Assembly: GCA_965207455.1 (NCBI GenBank)
Contig: CBDBMJ010000001.1
Location: 128,001-192,000 of the forward strand
From: Bdellovibrionota bacterium
GTDB lineage: Bacteria; Bdellovibrionota; UBA1018; CAIPTA01; JAALKR01
Length of the DNA stretch: 64,000 nucleotides
Direction of reading: 5' to 3'
Below, in pieces: positions 19,337 to 28,268 of the stretch (positions are counted from its first letter, which is position 1; each line of letters begins with the position of its first letter). The notes below the pieces were generated by a model. That model was not told where the DNA came from and made no database searches. It saw only the letters and a program-made list of their open reading frames with translations. The position numbers were made by a program, and so were the translations under genes.

Positions 19337-19352
19337 TGGCACGCTGCTTGCT
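19337..19352 (+). promoter_or_regulatory. Sigma54 (-24/-12) promoter
   Basis: TGGCACGCTGCTTGCT, consensus match. Confidence 0.8.
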
Positions 19353-19400
19353 TCTCCTATTCTTAGTAATATATACAGTAAAAACCGGAGAGGGATAAAA

Positions 19401-19969
19401 ATGAAAAAAACGATATTTAGCCTGCTACTTGCCCTAGCGCTACTTAGCCCACAACAGGCAAATGCTGTTGCTGGAAAATTTTCTATGCTTAAAGAGGGGA
19501 TGTCCATGCTCATAACAGGGACGGTAGGAGTGCTAAAAAACACTGGATCTATGGGAGTGGTGATGAAAAGTTTAGGAGCGGGAGAGCCCGGCTTACTTTC
19601 CACTCACTTTGGTTACGATGAAGCTGAAATGATTCGAAGTGTAAGGGAACAGGATTTTCATTGCTTCAATAATTATCACCTAAATGTGAGTTGGGAGCAA
19701 AAGATTTTATTCCTATTTTAGCGGATATAAGCCTTGTAATAATTATACCAGGTATTTGGGTGCCTATTGGAGTTGGAGCTGCTGCATGGATTGCTCTTCA
19801 CTGTGATTTTGTAGAGGATGATTATGAAAAAATGGTAGAGCTACTGAATCAATTTAATTTAGTGAAAATGACAGATGATGAAGTATCTGTTTTCCTATCC
19901 ATGGAGAGGACAAAAAATATTTATTTAGAAAAATTTTCCACTAATAAGATTAAATGGAATTTGCGCTGA
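19401..19969 (+). pseudogene. Frameshifted secreted/membrane protein, family C (paralog of 31540-32013)
   Basis: ORFs 19401-19721 and 19691-19969 align in order to the paralog (FxCxNNYxL, AxKD, KMTxDE); one base missing near 19691. Confidence 0.7.
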
Positions 19970-19995
19970 CCAGAGCCACGTCGTGCTCGATAAAT

Positions 19996-21381
19996 TTATT
20001 TCTTTTTCTTACTGGAGAGTCTTCGTTGAGGAAAGTCTTTTAAGTATTGACCAGCCAATGTATTTTCCAGGCTTTCTCCACAAAGTCCAGCCACTTGCCA
20101 AACATGGCAGCGATTAATAAGTTCCTTGTGGAGTATTTGAAATCCCATGGCAGGGGAAGGGGTTTTATTTTTCATACGTTTTGTTGCCCAAGCACTACCG
20201 TACCACTGTGGAGCTTTTCCATTTTGACGATAGTGTTCTTCGATGGAATTTACGGGACGCATTCCTCGGTTGAACATGCCTGTGATGTAGCGAAATTCCT
20301 CGGCTAGGTTTCGTCGCATATGTTTTGTTATGTTTACAATGGATCTTTGTTTGTTGCCTTGGTCGGAAAATGTATCTGTAATAATGAGGCGTTTTTTAGA
20401 AATTAACTCATGCACATATTTGGCTGTGGCAAGTATGGAAGCTTTGGGGCAATAGATGGGGTAGAGTCCTCGCTTGGTTCGTTTTTTCCTACAGTGTTTC
20501 TCTAAATGAACATAGCATTTTTTACGAAAAATATGCTTCCGTCCACATGCCCTTGGTTTATAGATTTTTTTATTCCACAATAAGCCATATTTCGCTGCAT
20601 TTGTGGCACCCAGTTGACTCAAGCCTTTTCCCCATCGATATAGAGTGCAGGGTCCATCTTTTTCCTCTAAGCAGAGTTTCTTTTCGTGTTTGTTTTCTAA
20701 AAATGGATTGAAATTGGATTCCTTGTGTAAGATGGCAGATAAAATAGCCGGGTGTACATTATAGCGTTTTCCTGCCTTTGCTAAAACAGAACGTAGGTGT
20801 TTGGGTAATCGGTACTTTGCCTCAGGTAGGCGACAAGGGCGACCGGGTCGAACCATGGGGCGCTTCGGGCATGCATTGTGTATGGCATATTTTTCTGGAT
20901 TAATTTTTTTCGACCCAAAAATACTTCTAGGGTATATGGAAAAAAAATCTATAATGAAATCTTCTTTTATGTAGTTGGGGTTGCTGATGTCCGCACTCTG
21001 CGTACCTAAACTTAATCTAGCCAGTAGGGGTTTTACTGTGCGCACATACTTTGCTTTTTCAGGGTAGATAGTTTGAAAGGCTTCACTATTTTCGAGTCCG
21101 TACATTCGCACATGACTGCTTTTTTTAGGAATCCAGCCCCTGCGTCCTTGGTAGATACCGTTAATAAAATGTACATAGAACCAAGTTTCTCCATATAGGT
21201 TTTCCAGATGGAGAACTCGAGCTTCCATATTGCTTTCCAGAGGTATGAGTAGAGAGGTATTTTTTTGACTGTATTGAACTAGTGCTTCTGCTTGCCACAA
21301 TCCCACCTCTCGATAATCATTAGCAACGGCACTACTAGCGAGAAAAAAAATAATACAATATAAGAGCAGATCGATTCTCAT
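19996..21381 (-). CDS. SLT-domain lytic transglycosylase-like secreted protein
   Basis: AILHKESNFNP, GLSQL; signal peptide. Confidence 0.75.
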   Translation of the reverse strand: MRIDLLLYCIIFFLASSAVANDYREVGLWQAEALVQYSQKNTSLLIPLESNMEARVLHLENLYGETWFYVHFINGIYQGRRGWIPKKSSHVRMYGLENSEAFQTIYPEKAKYVRTVKPLLARLSLGTQSADISNPNYIKEDFIIDFFSIYPRSIFGSKKINPEKYAIHNACPKRPMVRPGRPCRLPEAKYRLPKHLRSVLAKAGKRYNVHPAILSAILHKESNFNPFLENKHEKKLCLEEKDGPCTLYRWGKGLSQLGATNAAKYGLLWNKKIYKPRACGRKHIFRKKCYVHLEKHCRKKRTKRGLYPIYCPKASILATAKYVHELISKKRLIITDTFSDQGNKQRSIVNITKHMRRNLAEEFRYITGMFNRGMRPVNSIEEHYRQNGKAPQWYGSAWATKRMKNKTPSPAMGFQILHKELINRCHVWQVAGLCGESLENTLAGQYLKDFPQRRLSSKKKK

Positions 21382-21479
21382 ACTGTCTTTTCGGCAGAAC
21401 AGGAGGAAACCTTATCTGTATAGACGCGGTAAACACATAAATTGTATACATACCCCCTGTAAGCGTGTAGAAAGAAGCC

Positions 21480-22187
21480 ATGACTGCGATAAAAGATAGG
21501 ATGGAGGAAATAAACAAACGAATCCAAGAGGCTTGCCAGAGGTCTGGCAGGAGTGCTGGGGATGTACGTTTAATTGGAGTGACCAAGAAAAAATCCCATC
21601 AGGATATTTGGGAAGCGCTCCATGGAGGGCAGAGTGCGTTTGGGGAAAATTACCTACAGGAGGCTTTAGAAAAAATAAATACGATTCATGGCATGATGAA
21701 ACGAACGCCATTGAAAACTTCTCCAGAATGGCATTTTATTGGTAGGTTACAGAGTAAAAAATGCAAGCATATTCCTGGAGTGTTTGCCATGGTTCACAGT
21801 TTAGATAGTATTGCCCATGCTGAAAAATTAAATGAGGCAGCAGCTAAGAAAGGTATAAAGATAGAGGTGTTGGTGCAGGTGAATATGGATCAAGAAAAAA
21901 ATAAGGGTGGGGTATCTGAGTTATTTCATTTTTTAGAAAGATGCGTTCCCCTGGGCTCGCTTTTGATTAAGGGTTTGATGTGCATTCCCAAGCTGGAGAG
22001 CCAGAGGACAAATCCCCATGCTGTGTTTGCGAGCACTCGAAAATTAATGGAAGAGGCTAATCAAAAGTCTTGTTATTCGAGTGTGCTTACGGAGCTTTCC
22101 ATGGGTATGAGTCAGGATTTTGAAGCTGCCATTGCCGAGGGTAGCACCATGGTGCGTTTGGGTACTGTGCTATTTGGTTCTCGCTAG
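21480..22187 (+). CDS. yggS: PLP homeostasis protein
   Basis: GVTK, FGENYLQE, WHFIGRLQ, LSMGMS.D. Confidence 0.95.
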   Translation: MTAIKDRMEEINKRIQEACQRSGRSAGDVRLIGVTKKKSHQDIWEALHGGQSAFGENYLQEALEKINTIHGMMKRTPLKTSPEWHFIGRLQSKKCKHIPGVFAMVHSLDSIAHAEKLNEAAAKKGIKIEVLVQVNMDQEKNKGGVSELFHFLERCVPLGSLLIKGLMCIPKLESQRTNPHAVFASTRKLMEEANQKSCYSSVLTELSMGMSQDFEAAIAEGSTMVRLGTVLFGSR

Positions 22188-22242
22188 TGGAAAGTAGGGA
22201 AAAGGGTGGCAAGTGGGGTGTGAATGGGATAGTATTTTCACC

Positions 22243-23262
22243 ATGCAACGAGATTGGTATCATAAGCTTCCAAAAATAGAACTCCATCGTCACTTGGAGG
22301 GTTCCTGTCGATTGAAAACTGTGGCAGAAGTTATTCAGCACCATAATATCGATCTTCCGTACCAAGACTTAAATGCGTTGGCAAAAAAAGTTTGTATCCA
22401 AAAGCCCTTTCGTGATCTCAAGGAGGCATTAGAAAAGTTCGATGCTCTCCAGTCTATTTTTGTGGCCCCTGAGGTGATAGAGAGAGTTACGTATGAGGCT
22501 ATCGAGGACGCCTATCAGGACAATATTTATCTCCTAGAGCTTCGCTATTGTCCGTCCTATATTACCCAAGGTACCCAACTTACTTATGAAGATGTATATG
22601 ATGCTATACAGATGGGTGTACAGCGAGCAAGATCAAAATACAATTTAGGAGTTGGACTTATTATAATGGTGAATCGTATGCATGGAATGGAAGCTGCTCA
22701 AGCCACACTGGAGCAGGCGAAAAAGCATGGAGAAAATATTATTGGTATGGATTTGGCAGACAATGAAGCCGATGTGGATTTTGCTAGTTTTTCGTCGATT
22801 TTTCAAGCAGCTCGGAAGCAAGGAATTCCCGTTACCATTCACGCAGGAGAAATCAAAGGTTCTGTTTCCAATATTGAACTTGCCATAGATCAGTTAGGAG
22901 CTTCTCGCATAGGGCATGGTGTGCAAGTAATTCATGATGAAGCAATTATAGAAAAGGTAATTCAATCTTCGGTTACATTGGAATTGTGTCCCACTTCTAA
23001 CTACCTCACCAGCTCTGTGGACTCTTTGAAGGCTCATCCCATAAAAAAATTATTTGATAAAGGGGTGCCACTTACTATTAATAGCGACGATCCTGCCATG
23101 ATGGAAATAGACCTAAGCAATGAGTTTCGTGTTTGTGGAGAGACGCTGGGAATGGCTAAGGAAGATATAACCACTATTGTAAGCCATGGGGTGCAATCTT
23201 CTTTTATCGATCCAGACCGTAAGGCATACTATGGTAAGCGATATTTTGACTTCCTTTCCTGA
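22243..23262 (+). CDS. add: Adenosine deaminase
   Basis: PKIELHRHLEGS, HAGE, RIGHG, INSDDP. Confidence 0.92.
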   Translation: MQRDWYHKLPKIELHRHLEGSCRLKTVAEVIQHHNIDLPYQDLNALAKKVCIQKPFRDLKEALEKFDALQSIFVAPEVIERVTYEAIEDAYQDNIYLLELRYCPSYITQGTQLTYEDVYDAIQMGVQRARSKYNLGVGLIIMVNRMHGMEAAQATLEQAKKHGENIIGMDLADNEADVDFASFSSIFQAARKQGIPVTIHAGEIKGSVSNIELAIDQLGASRIGHGVQVIHDEAIIEKVIQSSVTLELCPTSNYLTSSVDSLKAHPIKKLFDKGVPLTINSDDPAMMEIDLSNEFRVCGETLGMAKEDITTIVSHGVQSSFIDPDRKAYYGKRYFDFLS

Positions 23263-23926
23263 CCCCCACAATCTTATTTTATTCATGGATAAGTACCTAT
23301 TGGTAATGAATAAGCCTGCGGGTCTTTTGTCTCAAAAAGATAGGACTGGGGATCAATGTGTGGTGGATATACTAAAATTACAGGAGCGCGAAGAGTTCGT
23401 TGATTTTCTCGCTCCCGTACACCGACTGGATAGGAATGCATCGGGCGTGCTTTTATTGGCTCGGGATAAAAAAACAGCAGCCGCTCTCACAGCGAGCATG
23501 AAAAAAAAAGAAATATCCCGAACCTATATTGCTGTTGTGAAAGGCGTTTCCAAGGAAAATGGAACGATTCAAGAACCCATTATAAAGGATGAAGAAAAAA
23601 ATCAGAGTTATGTGTCTCCCAAGGGGAAGCCTGCTACCACAAAATTTCACCGAACCCAGTCTATGCCCAGCACGTCTTTATTGAGCGTGGAGTTGGGGAC
23701 GGGTCGCTCTCACCAGATTCGAGTGCACCTGGCCCATATAGGTCACCCCTTGCTTGGGGATCGAAAGTATGGAAAAAAGCCTTGGAGTATAATTTTCCAT
23801 CGACCAGCCCTTCATGCCTCTAGCCTGCGATTTCCCCATCCAAAAACTGGAGAGGAGCAAACAGTTTTTGCGGAGTTGCCAGTGGACATGAAGGAATTGG
23901 TACAAAAACTAGGCGGGGTGGTTTAA
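23231..23926 (+). CDS. RluA-family pseudouridine synthase
   Basis: NKPAG, HRLDRNASG, TGRSHQIRVH; start uncertain. Confidence 0.9.
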   Translation: MVSDILTSFPDPHNLILFMDKYLLVMNKPAGLLSQKDRTGDQCVVDILKLQEREEFVDFLAPVHRLDRNASGVLLLARDKKTAAALTASMKKKEISRTYIAVVKGVSKENGTIQEPIIKDEEKNQSYVSPKGKPATTKFHRTQSMPSTSLLSVELGTGRSHQIRVHLAHIGHPLLGDRKYGKKPWSIIFHRPALHASSLRFPHPKTGEEQTVFAELPVDMKELVQKLGGVV

Positions 23927-24300
23927 TTTAAAAACCCCCTTTGGACAAAAATCACCACTACCTGCTCGCCTGCCCTTCCCTTCCAAGCGGGAACTTCAGT
24001 TTCTCCATGGACTAATATGGTGCCATTAGCAGACAGCCCTACAAAGGATAGTCGTCCTCCCCGGGAAAGGTCGACTGAGCTTTGGAGGTGATTGAGAATT
24101 TTCATTTCCTTTTCACCTCCACTGTACGTCCAGTAAAACTGCCTATTTATTACTCCTAGCCAAAACCGTTCTTCCGTTACCGTGTCAGGCAACTGGAGCA
24201 CCACTATGGGTCGGGGGGATGCATCGCTGGGTTCCTGGGGTGCGCATCCAGTCAAAATATTAAATCCTAGGGTGAGGATCGCTATTGTTTGTAGTTTCAT
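23923..24300 (-). CDS. Hypothetical lipoprotein
   Basis: Lipobox LTGC. Confidence 0.7.
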   Translation of the reverse strand: MKLQTIAILTLGFNILTGCAPQEPSDASPRPIVVLQLPDTVTEERFWLGVINRQFYWTYSGGEKEMKILNHLQSSVDLSRGGRLSFVGLSANGTILVHGETEVPAWKGRAGEQVVVIFVQRGFLN

Positions 24301-24345
24301 ACTTTTCCTATTTCCTTTCAAAACACTTTTCTTTTAAAATGACCT

Positions 24346-24361
24346 TGCAAGATTCAAGCCA
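24346..24361 (-). promoter_or_regulatory. Possible sigma54 promoter
   Basis: TGGCTTGAATCTTGCA (GG-N10-GC). Confidence 0.45.
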
Positions 24362-24429
24362 AAATAAATTGAACTGTAATCCCCATCTTTTTTTTGCTAT
24401 TCTGATGGCTAGGAGGAGTAGACAAGAGT

Positions 24430-25413
24430 ATGGAAAATGTGGAACTACAAGAGGTGTTGAAAAAAAGCAGTCATGCTGTACGAGGCATCATCCAAGAATC
24501 GGAAAAGGTGGTAGTGGGGCAAAAGGAAATGCTCGAAGGAATGGTAATGGCCTTTCTTTGTGACGGTCATGTTCTGATAGAGGGACTGCCCGGATTGGCA
24601 AAATCTTTGGCTGTGAGCACGTTAGCACAAGCCATGAGTTTGGAGTTTCGCCGCATTCAGTTCACCCCGGACCTTCTCCCATCGGATTTAGTGGGGAGTA
24701 TGATTTATAATCAAAAGACCAGTGAGTTCACTCCCAAGAAAGGGCCTATTTTTTCTAATATTGTACTGGCCGACGAGATAAACCGTGCGCCTGCAAAAGT
24801 GCAATCCGCATTGTTGGAAGCCATGGCAGAAAAGCAAGTAACCTTAGGGGAGAAAACCTACCCCCTTCCCAAGCCTTTCGTAGTACTGGCAACCCAAAAC
24901 CCCATTGAGCAGGAAGGAACCTACCAATTGCCTGAGGCTCAGTTGGATCGTTTCATGTTGAAAATCACAGTGGGTTATCCCACGTATGAGGAAGAAAAAA
25001 TTATTATCGATCGCACTACTACTTTGGAAATGCCCAAGGTGACACAAAAGATTTCCCCCGCTGTTATTGAGAATGCAAAAGCTATTGTAACGAATACTTA
25101 TATAGATGAAAAACTTAAAAAGTATGTATTGGATATTGTCTTTGCTTCACGTTACCCCGAAAAATCAAATCTACCGGAACTCAAGTCTCTTTTGCAGGTT
25201 GGGGGTTCTCCGAGAGCAAGTATTAATATTGTAAAATCCGCAAAGGCACTGGCCTTTCTTCAAGATCGTTCTTTTGTTAACCCTGATGATATTAAGGCAG
25301 TATGCTATAGCGTTCTTCGCCATCGACTTATTTTAACATACGAGGCGGAAGCCAACGAGATCAGTGCAGATACAATTATCCGAAAGATTTTAGATGCAGT
25401 GGAAGTTCCTTAA
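24430..25413 (+). CDS. moxR: MoxR-family AAA+ ATPase
   Basis: GLPGLAK, RIQFTPDLLPSD, DEINRA, ATQNPIE. Confidence 0.95.
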   Translation: MENVELQEVLKKSSHAVRGIIQESEKVVVGQKEMLEGMVMAFLCDGHVLIEGLPGLAKSLAVSTLAQAMSLEFRRIQFTPDLLPSDLVGSMIYNQKTSEFTPKKGPIFSNIVLADEINRAPAKVQSALLEAMAEKQVTLGEKTYPLPKPFVVLATQNPIEQEGTYQLPEAQLDRFMLKITVGYPTYEEEKIIIDRTTTLEMPKVTQKISPAVIENAKAIVTNTYIDEKLKKYVLDIVFASRYPEKSNLPELKSLLQVGGSPRASINIVKSAKALAFLQDRSFVNPDDIKAVCYSVLRHRLILTYEAEANEISADTIIRKILDAVEVP

Positions 25414-26335
25414 TTGGTTTTACCAGACACAGCATAAGCCGCCCCCAAAGGAGACGGGCAAGGGGTTAAGCCATATTATCGAGGGTGCGAAAAAAATCGA
25501 ACTCGTCGTTCGTCAAAAAACTGAGTCTCTTTTAACCAGCCAATATAAATCAAAATTTCGCGGACAAGGCATGCAGTTTGCCAATATCCATGTATACCAG
25601 TATGGAGACGACGTTCGCCATATTGACTGGCGTAGTTCTGCCCGTTCCCAACAAATGTATGTGAAGAAATTTGAAGAAGAAAGGGATTTGGAAATTATTT
25701 GTGCAGTGGATATTAGTGGAAGCCTTTCCTTTGGAAGTCAAGCGATGGAGAAACGGGAAGTTGTTACCATGGCTCTAGCATCCATAATACTGTCAGCAGC
25801 AAAAAACAAAGACCGTATTAGTTTAATGTTGTTTACAGATAAAGTTGAAGATTATCTCCCTCCTAAAAAGGGACGAAAACATGCCATGAGAATTATTGAA
25901 AAATTACTTCATTTTCAGCCCAAGAGTAAAAAAACAGACCTCACACTGGCTCTCCAATCTTTATCTGCCACTGCCAAGCACAGGGCTGTTATTTTATTAG
26001 CTAGTGATTTTAGTGGTCCTATGAACACCACTCACCTCAAGCATTTAGCAAAAAAACATGACCTCATCGCTATGCATGTTTTTGACCCTAGGGAGAACTC
26101 CATACCCAATGTGGGATTGGTGCAGTTTCAAGACTTGGAGACAGGGAAAAATTTATTGGTAGATACTTCTTCTCCTGGATTTCAAAAAAAGTTTTCTGAG
26201 GAACAAAAATTAAGGATGGATACACTCCGTACATGCCTCCAATCCTCTGGTGCTACTGTGATGAACTTGTCCACGGATAAGGATCCCTCTGAGGAAGTTT
26301 TACGTTTCTTTTACCAAAGAAGGAAGTACCGATGA
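25394..26335 (+). CDS. DUF58 domain protein
   Basis: YQYGDDVRHIDW, VKKFEEER, VDISGS. Confidence 0.9.
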   Translation: MQWKFLNWFYQTQHKPPPKETGKGLSHIIEGAKKIELVVRQKTESLLTSQYKSKFRGQGMQFANIHVYQYGDDVRHIDWRSSARSQQMYVKKFEEERDLEIICAVDISGSLSFGSQAMEKREVVTMALASIILSAAKNKDRISLMLFTDKVEDYLPPKKGRKHAMRIIEKLLHFQPKSKKTDLTLALQSLSATAKHRAVILLASDFSGPMNTTHLKHLAKKHDLIAMHVFDPRENSIPNVGLVQFQDLETGKNLLVDTSSPGFQKKFSEEQKLRMDTLRTCLQSSGATVMNLSTDKDPSEEVLRFFYQRRKYR

Positions 26336-27279
26336 AGAAAGCAAAAGACTTATCTTTTTTTTGTTTTGGAATTTTTCTGCTCACTTGCTTGAATTTTAAT
26401 ATTGTATATGCCGCTCCTCCCTCAATAAAAGTCCTAGGACATCAGACTCACTCAGTGGGTTCTCTCGTTCGAATAGAAATAACCATTCCCAGAGAGTTAC
26501 AGGAAGAGAACACAGTGTGGTCCGTAACGTTTGATTCCCCAGAAAAGTGGGTTCCCCATGGGCCTTTATTAATCAATGCCTATTCCCTAGAGGCCCCCCG
26601 TGATCGAAAAAAATATATACGCCTAAGGGGTATTATTCTGGACAAGGGTTCAAAGGTCATACCACCGTTTCAAATATATAGAGAGGGTGAGGAAGAGAAG
26701 ATTGAAACTGGTGTTGTTTTTATCACTGGAAAGAGTTCACTCACTCCTGCGGATAAAGCACCGATTTGGTTGTTAGGACCATTGGGTCTCCATGCTTTGA
26801 ATAAACCTTTGATTGGTATTTTTTCTGTGCTTGGTTTAATTCTCGTTCTACTTCTTTTATTCTTTTTATGGCGTAAGTGGAGAACTCCAAAAAAGGTGAT
26901 TCCCTTGCTACCCATAGAGATTTTTGAAAGGCGAGCAAAGAAGTTACAGGATCAGGCAGGAGACTGGAAGCTATTTTCCTTTGGGCTATCATTAGCGCTA
27001 CGGGAATTCCTCTCCAAGGAGTTGAATGTAAATTGTTTGGAATCCACAGATAGGGAACTCATCATTCAGTTAAGGGGAATACCTCTTAGCGAGTCCATTG
27101 TAGTGGAAATAGAAAAGATATTATTGGAGATTAAAGAATCTCGGTACAGTATAAAGGTATTATCCATTGAGGAGACAACTGGGCTTATTCGGAAGAGTGG
27201 CAAATTGATACGCGTTTGTCAATCCAGCCTGCATCCACAAGATGATCAAAGCACGAAGAGTGGAGGGGCTTCAAGATGA
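26332..27279 (+). CDS. Membrane-anchored Bat-operon protein
   Basis: Signal peptide plus one TM segment; conserved position between DUF58 and BatA. Confidence 0.7.
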   Translation: MKKAKDLSFFCFGIFLLTCLNFNIVYAAPPSIKVLGHQTHSVGSLVRIEITIPRELQEENTVWSVTFDSPEKWVPHGPLLINAYSLEAPRDRKKYIRLRGIILDKGSKVIPPFQIYREGEEEKIETGVVFITGKSSLTPADKAPIWLLGPLGLHALNKPLIGIFSVLGLILVLLLLFFLWRKWRTPKKVIPLLPIEIFERRAKKLQDQAGDWKLFSFGLSLALREFLSKELNVNCLESTDRELIIQLRGIPLSESIVVEIEKILLEIKESRYSIKVLSIEETTGLIRKSGKLIRVCQSSLHPQDDQSTKSGGASR

Positions 27280-28268
27280 ATTTCTATTATCCCGCAATGC
27301 TTCTTCTCCTTATTCCCATCTGGATATTTTTATATTTTTTGTATAAAAAGCAGGTATCGTATAAGAGCATATCCTTTCCCATAGAAAACAGTTCCATGGG
27401 AGAGTTCTCTTCCAATTGGGTAGCAAGAATATTATTTTTTATCAAAGCGCTGATATTGACGGGTTTAGTGGTATGTTTGGCTCGTCCCCAGACCTTGTTG
27501 AAATATTCTCAGCGCACCACTAGTGGTATAGACATTATGATTGCTTTTGACGTTTCAAAAAGTATGCTAGTGGAAGATTATAATGAGCAAAGTCGACTTA
27601 ACTTAGGCAAACAAACCATAAAGGATTTTATAAAAGGACGAAAAGATGATCAAATAGGATTTTTGATGTTTTCTGGAGAAGGAGCTACCCTATGTCCTCC
27701 CACACTGGATTACGGCACTTTACTAGCAGCAGTGGAATTAGCAGATACAGATCAGTTGAAGGATGGAACAGCCATAGGCGATGCTTTAGCTGGTGCCACC
27801 AATCGTCTCAAAGACAGTAAATCGAAATCGAAGATAATTATACTCATCACGGATGGAGATAATAATATGGGTTCTGTGGCACCTTTGACTGCGGGAGGAA
27901 TTGCCAAGGGATATGGCATTAAGGTATATTCCATTGCTTTGGGTAGGAGGGGTGCGAATAGAATACCAATCATTGACCGAAGGTTTGGAAGACCGAGAAA
28001 AATATACCAAACTATCAATACTACCATCAATCCAGCTTTACTAAAGAAAATATCGAAAGAAACGGGAGGGAAATTTTTTCGTGCAGAAAAGGAAGGTTCT
28101 CTTGAGCGTGTTTTTAAGGAAATAGATCGATTGGAGAGAAGTAAGATTAAAGTACGAGAGCAAAAACAAAAAGAAGAAAATTTCCAGTATTTTTTGATTC
28201 TCACACTTTTGTTGATTATTGTTGAATTGATTTTATCAAAAACCAGATTAAGGATACTACCCAACTAA
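27276..28268 (+). CDS. batA: VWA-domain protein BatA
   Basis: LARPQ, DVSKSM MIDAS, GTAIGDAL, ITDG. Confidence 0.88.
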   Translation: MNFYYPAMLLLLIPIWIFLYFLYKKQVSYKSISFPIENSSMGEFSSNWVARILFFIKALILTGLVVCLARPQTLLKYSQRTTSGIDIMIAFDVSKSMLVEDYNEQSRLNLGKQTIKDFIKGRKDDQIGFLMFSGEGATLCPPTLDYGTLLAAVELADTDQLKDGTAIGDALAGATNRLKDSKSKSKIIILITDGDNNMGSVAPLTAGGIAKGYGIKVYSIALGRRGANRIPIIDRRFGRPRKIYQTINTTINPALLKKISKETGGKFFRAEKEGSLERVFKEIDRLERSKIKVREQKQKEENFQYFLILTLLLIIVELILSKTRLRILPN

